Source: Takakia lepidozioides
Taxonomy: Eukaryota; Plantae; Bryophyta
Length of the DNA stretch: 64,000 bases
Assembly: GCA_030704615.1 (NCBI GenBank)
Contig: CM060734.1
Coordinates: forward strand, 36,766,001 to 36,830,000
Direction of reading: 5' to 3'
In this document: positions 36,206-51,288 of the stretch, piece by piece
How the letters are laid out: each line of letters starts with the position of its first letter
Position numbering within the stretch: position 1 is the first letter of the stretch
Position numbers and translations under genes: made by a program
Notes under the pieces: generated by a model
The model's input: only the letters and a program-made list of their open reading frames with translations
Told to the model about the DNA's origin: nothing
Database searches by the model: none

Positions 36206-38779
36206 GGCGGACCAGATCAAGAGATCAGGTCTACTGGTCCGCAAGCAAACCAGTTTTAGTGTGAAGGATTGCCCCAAAGGACAGAGTTGGCCAACATGTC
36301 TCACGAGATTAAGTTTATTGTATTCATACTCTCCGTGCTTGTAGGTTTTCCTTTTGTCGGTACCGTTCTTCAAGCAATCGTCGCCACCCGACTGTCCTTC
36401 GACATCTCTAACTCGCACTTGCTGATTACATCATCTGGTGTCCAATCTGGTCAATGTGAACGACTATTTGATCTACTAGGCTATTTGTTGCAGCCATGTC
36501 CCGACCTTTGCGTTTCTTCTACCCTGCAAATTTACTCATTAAAAATCGTAGGCCCGAATCCGTCGGTATACTCTGAGATTTAGGATGGACTTCTTGAACA
36601 ATGTATTTGTTGTTGACAAGTCCTTATTTTGGATTCTGATGTTCAAAAGAGGCCGGCATTAGGAATGATTTGGATATGAGAGCGGAAATCGCAGGCAGTA
36701 AGAGATTATCCACACTTCTGAGGTACATGCGTCCTTTTAAATCGACTACGAAAGAACTGGACTCTATGGAGGCTTACGATACTCAGCATCGACTCGTTTT
36801 GGCATGAAGGAGTGGATTACACAATAAGAGCTTTGTGAAACATACCCTTTTTGAAATTGTCGAAAGCGAAACGGGCATGAAAGCCAGGTGCATTTTGCGG
36901 GTGAGGTAGTGCACTGATTCATGCACTGACTAATTTCCAAGTCAGGACTGGTAAGGAGCGGAGATGAATCTGTTTGCCATCGACAAGCAGAATTGAAGCC
37001 ATTCCGTGGATACTACCGTTTGATGCTAGCGTCACGGGTTTATTTTGCACAAAAGGCTTCTCGTCTTCCGTGTCATTTCTTGTGCATGGTATTATACAAG
37101 ACAGACGATGTTGAGTCTGTCAAAGACTCGGAGTTTAACGCCATCAGTGTTTGGATCATAGAGAGAAAGGCAGAAGACAAATGTCCAGCTTGTAGAAGGA
37201 TACTTCTACATGGTGACGTTGCAAGAGCATCCGAAAGTAGCTGAAAGTGTTCTCTTGTGCATCTTTATGGACAGCAGTTTGAACACCCGGTCATTCCTTC
37301 AAAGAAAGTGGAGAGTATGACAAAGATGGGACAGTTTCTCGTGCTGTCATCTCTGGAGTGGGCAAGGGAGTCATACTCCGGTAAGTACCACGTTTCAAAA
37401 TATCCACGTATTATATAGTGGGGTTCCTCCTCCTCGCCTTCCTGACTAGATTCTGTGTTCTCACCTTCTCGAGCTCCCAAATCCCCCTCCACGCATCACG
37501 ACGCAATCGCACAACCACTTCACACTGATCCACCATGAATGACCTGGAATCTATTCTGACCATCTTTGGTCAAATCCCTATAAGATCCCCTGAAAGAGAA
37601 GCAGTCCTGATGTGGATATAAATTTACGAACATGACAGCAGCATTTGCACCGATTATCTGTACCAATTGCTGACCACATTTGGGTGATGTAGTGCTATAT
37701 CTAAGACCAACTCCTTCGGCTCTCCACCGGTTCCTGGTCTTCCGGGAGATCGGATGCCTTAACATAGTGGATCCCTGGATCGCACTTGGGAATTATGTCA
37801 GAGGGTACAAAGAACCTGTCAAATTACGGTCCACTTCGAAACCTGCCTTTCTGCTTCTAAGAATGTTGAATACCAACATCCAGCGCCCTCCAATGTGCAT
37901 TCCTGTGGATTGCTCGAAGGCATATTTATCTTATTTGCACTGTCCACCTCGTGGGAGTGAAGAGGGCGAGTAAGCTAGTGAGTGAAGACATTACAGTCGT
38001 CTATGTGTACTGAAGTAGCATGAATTGCAAATTTTGTAGGACTGAAGTGAACCTCGTCTGGGTGGATGAGTGGAGAATAGCTTCTTGTTTCTCTAGAATC
38101 CGTTTGGGATCAGAAAGCTCGAAACTGCGGAAAATGAACGGTGGGGGCCATCAATGATGCTCCTCAACTCCCCGTTACAACTTTCACCATTTGATTAGGA
38201 TTATGCATTAATGAAATCTTGACATTGCAGTGAAATACTGGAAGGCTCACTTCACCTAGGAATTGTGTGGAATTCCATTGTTCTGCATCTGCAGAATGCT
38301 TGATCATAAAGTGACTATTACTTTGTGACTCATGGAGCTTGGAGAATCTGCTTTGGAGTTTTCAGAGAAATGACCTGAGAATCTCCCACCACAGGAGTCT
38401 CAGCTCTGGAGATGTTGGTGGCAGATTCCAAGGTGGTGTAAAATAGAGGATCTTGTAAGAGGGGCTTGGCTGGAAAACATTCATGGCTATGCCTCTTGTG
38501 ATATATATATGCTTGTAGTCCTGGACAATTTTTCAAAGTATGCTCCCAAACTAGACAAACCTATACAGGTAATCAATCTTTACAAATCCCCCTTACCCTT
38601 TCCGCCTCTTTATGGAGACTCAAGTTTAGGCCAAGGAAAACAAGGGGTTACATTACTTTCTATTAACCTAGGGAGTCTCAAAATGATCTTTCAAATCGAT
38701 CCTACGCTCGTTTGACATTCACAACATATTCTTGTCTAACAGCTGAAGTCATTGATGGATCAGATCTTGGTACTTAGTA

Positions 38780-39330
38780 TTGAGATATGGCCTGGGTGAA
38801 GGGACAACTTTTGGATCACCCGGCTGAGCAAACTCCTATTCGTTACCTGTGTTTGACAAGGTTCTCTTCAAACTTAAATCTAAGGCATGCATCCAAAAAT
38901 CCTCTGGCTGGGTTTGCTTTGGATAAAGTTAAACCCTGCCTCAAGTCAATCCCTATATTCCCACAAAGAGGACCTTAAAACTTAAAATCTTTTGATTGGT
39001 TAGGCATGAAATTTCAACAGTGATTCCCCTGTGTGATCTCTGTTGGACAGCAAGCATTACTGCTAAGTTAGATGAGAGCCTCACCCTTACAACAAGTTGT
39101 GAGAAACAAGACACTATTCTTGCTCACATGTGGCCTTTCCCGATCTCAACCTCCAGTGTTTCCCATGCAATCTGCCATAATCTCTTTCAGGGGGATAGAG
39201 AATGCTCTGTTGGTATCATCCTTCCACCATTGCAAAAGCCGTAGTTCCTACTATAACTTCTGGTTCTAAACCTTGGGAGTCAACCGCCCAGAAACAATTG
39301 AAAGCACAACAGCAACCATGCAACCAGTAT
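38780..39330 (+). mobile_element. Possible very degenerate LINE C-terminal (zf-RVT-like) relic
   Basis: LCDLC...DES...SC followed by W..RNN-like remnants with many stops. Confidence 0.3.
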
Positions 39331-39544
39331 AACTTATCACAGCAACAAAAGTTCAAGAGTTTTAAGCCGCTGAGTCCAGAATAGGACCTCAAGTCAAGTT
39401 CTCAAATCTATTAGTGATGGGTTCAGCAATTATCCCCAATGCAAACAATGTAGACCACATCCACTAGCCTCTGGCCTCATATCTTCTCTTCGCTTCCTGC
39501 AGATGTCTTAGTGCATCTGTGTAGAAAATCAAAATATCATCTCC

Positions 39545-43024
<3,480 letters not shown>

Positions 43025-43938
43025 CTACCTTTTGTACCCCTTCCCCACTGCTCTACACTCTACACCTTCTTTCCCCACTCGATATTTTATTGACTCCTCT
43101 CTATTCTTATTCTAAGGAGACTACCGTACGCATCAGTGTCAAAAATCGCTAAGCCCCTGTTGTGCCTTTCCCAGGTGTCACCTCCTTTCGGAAACTACTT
43201 GATGAATTGCCTTCAGGTAACACCTCAAGTAAGATTCCGCTATTCACAAAGAGGAGCCATAAGCTCCGCTTGTTGTTTCCATACTTGGTCCCAAAAATGG
43301 TCCTTCAAACCACATGGGTTCCTTTCTTGATACCTATACCAACAATCTCCCAACAATGATCAATGCCACCTAGTCAGGTTGTCTTGCTACTCGTGTACTT
43401 TCTCTTAAATGTACAGTATTCTAATCTGAGCTCACATTAATATAGCTATGGTTCATGTAGCCACAAGGCGAAGTGGCTCTTAGTTATGCGGGCTGCGGCC
43501 AGAGTCTTATTCATGTTTGCATCTTGTGGGGTCTTGCATGTGCAGAGCTCACTAAAGTAGGTACTAACTTAGTAAGTAGGTAGGAAGAGGGGAGGAGAGC
43601 GCTCTTCTCTTTTATATACCCTCTCAGGGCGGCGGCCCCAACCCCGTCAAAGTTGCCCTGGACCGTTCTAGAAGGCTGCCCCACTCACTCATGTCACCCC
43701 TAGAAACCACCATTTGTACCAGTACTCAACCTAAGGTGCAAACACCTAAATGTGTGTGTGACCTTGAATGGATCCCTATATTTGTGACCAAATGAGGCTG
43801 ATGAAGTCCTTAACCCCTAAACGCCCGCGGGCGCATGGACCATCCAGATGCAGACACGCAATGCACCCATAAAAAAACAAAAAAAACCAAAATCTGCTCC
43901 TGGCAAAACTATTTGTGTATTGAAAACGACCAATTTGT

Positions 43939-44245
43939 GGTCACATTCCCAACTTTTATATATTCAAGGGCAAAAGATTCAGTAGGAACTACATTGCAAA
44001 ATGTGAATCTAGTGCTACAATGGCCATGGAGAAGAAGGCATGGATGACTGCAATACTTTTTAGCAAGTGGATTTCTCATTTCAGAGCATCACTGAAAGCC
44101 ATGGCCAGGCAATGAGATCAGTGTGACAAATCGTCAGTTGTTGATCCTTGATTGCCATACTTCTCATGTTACCCTAGATGTTGTTCGACAAGCAAGAGCA
44201 ACAAGTCTAGATCTCATGACACTTCCCTCCCACGCCTCGCATGCA
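43939..44245 (+). pseudogene. pogo/Tigger-type (Tc1-mariner, DDE_1) transposase fragment
   Basis: Manual translation with one frameshift: GHIPNFYIFKGKRFSRNYIAKCESSATMAMEKKAWMTAILFSKWISHF...RQLLILDCHTSHVTLDVVRQARATSLDLMTLPSHASHA. Confidence 0.85.
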
Positions 44246-45668
44246 GCAGGCCCGAAATTGGTGCCTAAATCCGGATAACACCTAAATGTGTACACAATTT
44301 AGGTGTTACCCCACATGCAAACAGGCCCTCTTTATGGAACTTGAAGTACCATCTTTAAAATGGATCGTCAAACCCCTAAGAATGTGGATTATGCTCATGA
44401 AGGTTTTTGTTGCACTACTTACGCTTATGTCACTCCATACCAACCCCCCTCTCTATATGTTTCTAGCATTCCAACCATATGCAAGTGATCCGCATTCCCA
44501 CACAAATTTGATCTAACTATTGTTAATGCTAAACCTACTATCGTCATGTAGGGCCACATATTGCACTCACCATTTTCTCTTGGCAAACCATATGGCTCCA
44601 CATGTAATTGTCACATCTTGTTGTGTCATCCCTCTCGACCATCTTCGCTATGGTTGCCACCATCAACAAGTCATGTCCCTATCTCTGTTGATTTTATTTT
44701 TTCTTCAAGTTGGGGCATATATGCATTGAACCAAGTTTTTTATACTCGAGTGATGAGTGACACCGGCTTAACCCCTAAAGGACGAAGCGACCCAAACTGG
44801 GTCGGTTACGTTTAGAAAAGTGTCTGGTTGTCACTAGGGTTAAGCCTGATTTGGGCATATTTAGGCTCATTGGATAGGTAATCGCATCAGCTATGAGGTG
44901 GCATTTCCCAATTCGTCATTGGGCCTGGCCCCAGCCACGTGGAACACTAGAGTCTGCCACACTCGTGGTTTTCAGGCCCATTCTGGGCAGCTAACCTGCC
45001 CTCCATCCTACATGTCAACTAGGGTCAGGTTAGGGAGAAATTCCACGCACCCCCCCCCCCCCCACTTGCGCAGGGTGGTGCGTCTCCCTTGCGACCCTCC
45101 ACCCTAAAGCGCCCCCATTGGCAGGCAAAGGCAAAGGCACCCCCCCAAAACCCACATACCTTAGGGCTACCGGCCAAAAAATGTAGGCAAACATAGGTGC
45201 ACATGGAGAAGTCATGGGCAGGGGAAAAATAAATAAATAAAATCATGTGAAGGTAAGCTCTGATTGGCGCGAAAGTTTTTTTGTGCTTACACAAACCTGC
45301 CCACTACAGTACAACCGGAGCGATTGACAATTCAACGGTTCAGATCTTTTCACCGAATTTTCTAATACGGTTTTGTGCTTGCCCTTTGAATTTGGGAAAT
45401 TTGACCCCCCAAATTGGCCATATAAAGCAGCCCACATGAGAGCATGTCAGAAAAATCTGAAATTTTCAGGGCAGGTGTTTTACCTTTTGTATCATGTCAA
45501 AAAATTTCACAGCTGGAAATTCCATAAGAAAAGCTGTGTTTTTTACCCCATTGTAAATAGAAAATTTGTTTTTGGCCCAACTTTCAACATTATAATCTTG
45601 CAATCCGGCAGATGTGGACCAGACTTTTTGTGGCACCCATGGCAAAACTTCTTTAATGCTCTCAAGCT

Positions 45669-45771
45669 CCATGAGATCCTGGGTTCAATGCTTGAAGGCC
45701 ATGACATTCTATGTTCAATGCTTCAACGCGATGAGATCTTGGGTTCAATCTCCAGTTCCATGATGTCCTGG
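45669..45771. repeat. 30-bp minisatellite, about 3.5 units
   Basis: Units like ccatgagatcctgggttcaatgcttgaagg at 45669, 45699, 45729 and 45758. Confidence 0.75.
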
Positions 45772-46019
45772 CTAAGTTCATTAATCAAAATGTTAGAAAA
45801 TGCCAATACTTGCCAGATAGCTGACTAATAATTTCAACCCATAAAAGCTTACCCATTTTCTTCTACCAGTTTATTTAGAGTATTTTTGTTTGCTTTTTTT
45901 GTGTTAGTGAAAACTAATAAAATCGTTGGATTTTAGTTTAAATATGCGAATACATTGCTATTGCATCTCCCGGCCTGATAAAATATTTTAAATCTAATTA
46001 AATTAAATAAATATATTTT

Positions 46020-46560
46020 AAAAATAGAACCGGAACCTAACCGGAAACCGGAACTAACCCCCATGTTTAACAGTTGGATCCGGAACCGTCTCTTGAAATA
46101 ATTGTGGAACCGGAACCGAAGGTTCCTTCACAAATGCAAGAACCGCCCAACACTGGTTTTAACCCCTAAAGGACTAACCCCAATTTTTGGGTCCACCCCC
46201 AAAAAATTGACCCTTCCCCGCTATATAATTTATATCTTGAGATATCCTAAGGCCCTGTAAAACTGGACGTTGTAATATGTTCCTACCTACCCAGCTCTCC
46301 AGCTCTCCAAGGTTATGCCATGTTATGCCAATGGCCCACCAAGGGTTCAAGAACCCGAACCTGTTTTTATCCCCATGCGCCCCGGTTCTCTTCTCCGGTT
46401 CTTACACCCAGCAGGAACCGTCGGTTCGGTACTGCGCCGATCCCCATTGGCAGGTTCCGGTTCCGGGTCGGGTTCTATAGGAATGGGCCCGTTCCGGTTA
46501 ACCTGAACATGAACCAGTGGTTAACCTGGGTCCCGGCGGGTAACCGCCCCACATTGGTTA
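46020..46560. mobile_element. Two GAACCGG-rich hAT-like non-autonomous element ends
   Basis: Arrays of GGAACCG/CGGTTC ending in AACCGCCCAACACTGG (~46156) and AACCGCCCCACATTGG (~46557). Confidence 0.6.
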
Positions 46561-46962
46561 ATACCTATATAGACGTTCAATTTCTTAAAGGTTGTTTATT
46601 TTCATCTTACAACTACTTTTATGAGGGTCCAATGTAAGATCTTGAAGTAGTGGTAATCACATTTTTATCTTAAAAATTTGGGTGGACCCCATGCCCGACA
46701 AGCCTCATTGTATCATACCCCACAAATTGTCAAATTGGAGTAAGATGTGAGGAAATTTCAAGTTTTTTTAGTTGAAATGCCATGGTTTTGAGGGGTTAGA
46801 TCTTCTTTGCCTGAGTTTTATATTTGATGATCCCTCGCATGATGGTTAAAGATGTTAAAGTTCTTTTTGAGAAACATTGCAAAAAAAGGAGATCAGTGTG
46901 CACATTAATTATATTCCATATAGATCTCCACTGTTCAATTAGATAGTCACTTAAAATGTCAT

Positions 46963-47432
46963 ATAGGGTCACTGTACCTATCATTGCACAGACCCCTATC
47001 ATCACACCCCAGCCCCTATCATTACGTCCCAGCCCCTATCATTACTCAGCTGTGGACAGCGCAAACCCCTATGATTGCACATCCCAGCGCCTATCACTGT
47101 ACACCCGTAAACGTGCATACCCGTCGACCGTGCGTAGGGGTTCGATTAAGCATTGAATCGTCAAGAACTCACTGAGTTCCTGCTGGGCAAAGATAGGTGC
47201 AAGAGTGTGCAGTGATAGGGGCAATGATACTTGGTTTTACAAAGATTATATAGGCTTGTTGTGCCCAACACTTCAATGGAGTGTATTGGGTTTTGTAAAT
47301 TTCGTAAATTGGGTTTTGAAGCCAACTTGCCAACCTCCCCCTAGGTCCAAATTTTGCAACAGCATATGATCATATGAACAAGTTATGGCTTCTCAAAGTC
47401 TTAAATGGGCAATGATAGGTACAGTTACCTAT
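46963..47432. mobile_element. MITE with perfect 17-bp inverted repeats
   Basis: ACTGTACCTATCATTGC (46971-46987) and GCAATGATAGGTACAGT (47409-47425), with internal CCCCTATCAT repeats. Confidence 0.75.
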
Positions 47433-50400
47433 CTATCATGGAAAGTTCATTCCCAAGAGCCATCCCTAGGTCCAAGATCAGCCCTTGATTTCCAAAAGAC
47501 GCTTAGGAGGGATTTTATTTTATTTTATTGGTTTAATTTCCTTCCAGAAAGAGCCTATATGCCACAGTGGGGGTTGTTATTCTATGCTCGCAGACATGTA
47601 ACCAGTGCTTATGGTAAACACATTTCATTAGCGAAATTCTTGGCTGATCGTTTGACAGTATCACAAACCGTGCAACTTTCTTGAATCTTGCATCATAGAG
47701 AAAGTTAAACTTCTTTGCTGGTTCACCATCTGCAATCACTTTTTCCTCAAGTCGGGCGCGAATGACCCTCCCAATGGCCCTTAACAAACCAACAATCCTA
47801 CATACAAATGTCAAATATAAATATATGAGTAGAGATCGCAGATCATCTTATCAGTGACATAAACCATAGCCTGAATTTTTATGATAGTACCAAAATAGTT
47901 GATAATGTGCAAGGAATGATAGAAAATTACGTCTCTCCGGGGTAGAGATTGTCGTCTTTACGTTGTACTTATAAAAAGTCAATAGTCATGCTGAAACATG
48001 CTCTCCACGGATTCCTCAGTAGGTATCCTTTCACAATACTAGCAATTTCTTCATCATCAATATCTCAAAAACCTTTGCTCAATTGAGACCAACAAAGGTC
48101 TCCATGGGAGGCTGCACATTTTCATTCTCAATTGCATTAGGTGCAGCACAGTGTTTGAAATTTTCAACTTGCAGGGGCTCATAGTGAAGATTGCTGGATG
48201 AAGCTAAATGTGCATCGGTGCCACCGTGATAATTAGCAACCATGAAAGCATCAATACTCTTTTTATCCACATGAAGAGCTTATGTCAAATTTGTTGTGTC
48301 ACTATTATATTAGATGTGACGATTACTGCATCAATTCAACTTCAACAGTGTCATGAATGCATCTGCGAGTCGACTGAAGATTGTCATTGACTGAAGTATA
48401 TGCCGAGATCAAAAGCAAAAATAACCTCGAGAAACAACCATGAAGGATGAGAAGGGCACCCGAGGCCAAGAATCTAGAGAGGCTGCAAGATGTTATGAAG
48501 GATCTGCAGGTGGGGGGAGAGAACTACAGGAGGGAGATGATCTAGTGTCTAGTAGAATTGAAAGAAAGCTACAACATAAGCTGGACCAACAAAGAGACGT
48601 GATTGAGATTGAGATATTTGATCGGTGTATGTTGCAAAGAGTACTCGCAAAACAACTTCAATAATCTGTCGCGAGGGAAAGGTTATATGTGATGAAAAAC
48701 ACTACCGTAGAAAAGTATGACTAGTTTTTTATTGATCACCTCAAAAATACTATTAGAGAAGGGCAAGACTCCTTTGTTCTTCACATTTGCTAATTGTATT
48801 AGGTGACCATAAGTGTAAAGAGATATACATAAGTAGATATATAGAGATGTGTGAGGGTTAGTGAGGGAGGGGTGAGAGAGGCTAGGGTTAGCGAGAATGT
48901 GCTAAGTGAGTGGAGGTCCCCACGCTAGCTATTACTATCCATCATGATATCCTAAGCATAACAATGAATCGCAGATCCACTACAATCCGAAAAAAAATGA
49001 GCATACACCTTGTATGTTTATGGAATTACAAATCGCCTTTTGTAGTGTATGTTTATGGAATTGCAAGCGTCCACTTCTAAACCATCAAGCAGTCACACAA
49101 GACCATTTGCTTATAGATCAAGTGAGGATCCCTGCCTTCTCCATATCTATGTGTAGGTTGTATAGTTTGTACAATTAATTATAGGTTGCGCAACTTCCCA
49201 CACTCTCTTATCATCACTTTCATAGCCGCCTACCCAACCCGACATAAATGCATGGCAGGCTTGTCTCCAAAATTGCCCACCTGCAAATTATGTTAATACT
49301 TCCCAAGCGACCTGAATGGGGTCACTTTGTATTTTCAGATCGACCTAATTTTTGCAGATCTAATCTGATGGGGCCCACTCCTGAAGCTTTAATGACAAGG
49401 GATTTGTCTCGAGTATGATGTAAAAAACAAAAAACAAAAAAAACAAAAGCTACGACCTACAAAAAAATATCTTAGATCTCTCACTTACGTTTTGGGGCCT
49501 GAAAAGGGCTTGTTGACCGCTGACGTGGCAGGTAAACAAGCCGAAAACATGTTTGCACTCCAAAGGCCATTTTTGGCAGAAAATTAGCAATTTTGGAAAA
49601 AGCACTTCACCTTGTCGTGTGTGAGCATTACATACACGCATCCACCATTGGCTTTTAAAAAATTTGTAGAAAAAAAAGTACTTCATTTGGAGGCACATTT
49701 TCTCTTGTCAATTTTGAGATTTCAACCCCCATGTAATTGCATGCAAAGCAAGCATAGGTGAAAAAAGCAGTTGGACTTGCAATTTAGTGGGGTCATAGCC
49801 ACTCCACTATTGACTTGGAAATGGTGGGTCTTGGGGCAAGCAAAATTGGATAAAGCTACGTTTTGATTTGGTCAAACCAATTTCTTTCTCTCTTTGGGAT
49901 CCGATATTTGAGGTGGGGCCAATGTTATAATCTCACAATTTCCACAGTGGACTTGGCTCATTTTTTGGTATGTCATGCATAAATGAGCTGGGCCCACTGC
50001 TATAAGGCTGGATTCTCTGGATGATTCTTGGTAGGTTTCTAGGGGTACTTTACTGCAGCTGGATACCCAGAATTGGTAAAAAGTCAAAAAAGGGCTTGGG
50101 AACTTGAGGGTTAAGACCCTAAGTAACATATGGTTTCAAGATGTACAGATCTGCTCCAAACAAGTTCGTATTCTGACCTCTAAACTACTATTTAAAATTC
50201 AGTACATGCAGCAAGAAAACACTTGGGTAGTTACGGTTTAATTAATTAATTAACTAATTATATGTAAGTATGACAAATAAATTCGGGCACCTTAAAAGAC
50301 ATGATGCGTTGCACTTGGGACCCTGCTCGGTAACCATCTCCGGCTTTCAGTCGTCACCAGGGTAAGAGAGGGTGGACAGGGGACCACTGCCTGAATCCGG

Positions 50401-51288
50401 GCCAGAAAGTACCGTCAAACTGCAGGCGTTCATTAAGTTTTTTCTGTGTTCCTTAAATTTGCCCTTGCAAATCTGTGTAATGCAATCTCCAGTTTTTCGT
50501 CTCTTTTCTTTTCTTCTAGCAACTGTTAAGTGTTTCTGAAAGTTGTCGCTTAAAATTTGAAATTTGAAAATGAAATTCAAAATTTGGAAGTGTATTAATA
50601 GGTGATCACAACTTACTTTGTGATCACCTGAAGGACGAAGTAGAGCTAAACCAACACCATGACCAGACCCGGTGCTTCAGTTGACCTGATGTGTCACATA
50701 AGATTTCGAGTCGGCTTCACCTTTCTATTTGGAATGGTCTGGGCCTTACCTGGAACTGTAGCTCATCAATAGGATTGCAAAACCACTTGGATATCATAGT
50801 CACTATTCAAGATGGGCTGTTTCCTGTTTAAAATAAGAATAAAAATAGATGTGAAAAGGGAGCCAATGAGCTCCCTGAGGAAGAATTAAAGTTGTCTGAT
50901 CTTCGAAACAACAAATACCACTGTGAGCTAAACCACCCTCCCACTTGAAACATGGGATAAAATCTGCTTTGGTCTCCAAGACCACATCCAAATGGATTCA
51001 GTCAGATGCCTAGACTTTCTTTTAGTCCTTGACAAGCAGGCAGGGCAGTCATTTACTCATTGAATGGAGGAACCCATTGGTCAATGAACCACTTTTCACG
51101 AGGAAGACCGGCCCGCCAGCTTGTCACAGGCCTCATACCAAAGCAGAGGAACAGACACCTATAACTAATGTAGAGGCTTCCTTTGAATTGTCCCCATCCT
51201 GAAAGACTCGATGATGAACTTGTTCAGGTCCCCCCAGACCACAGCTGCCACTTCTACATGACGACTTTGACAAGTATATCAAGTGTTC

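Larger units (their letters stand above)
43814..50110 (+). mobile_element. piggyBac-derived non-autonomous shell containing nested insertions
   Basis: TTAA|CCCCTAAACGCCC at 43810. The right end ttggtaaaaagtcaaaaagggcttgggaacttgaggg|TTAA resembles the right end of the 7373-11318 element. Pairing of these two ends is inferred. Confidence 0.55.
43541..50128 (-). mobile_element. Probable solo LTR (43541-43813 plus 50115-50128) split by a piggyBac-derived nest
   Basis: On the - strand it runs TGTTAC...CTGCA. Flanks CATG / TATG could be a 4-bp TSD with one transition. It shares ordered blocks with 7119-7372. Confidence 0.5.
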
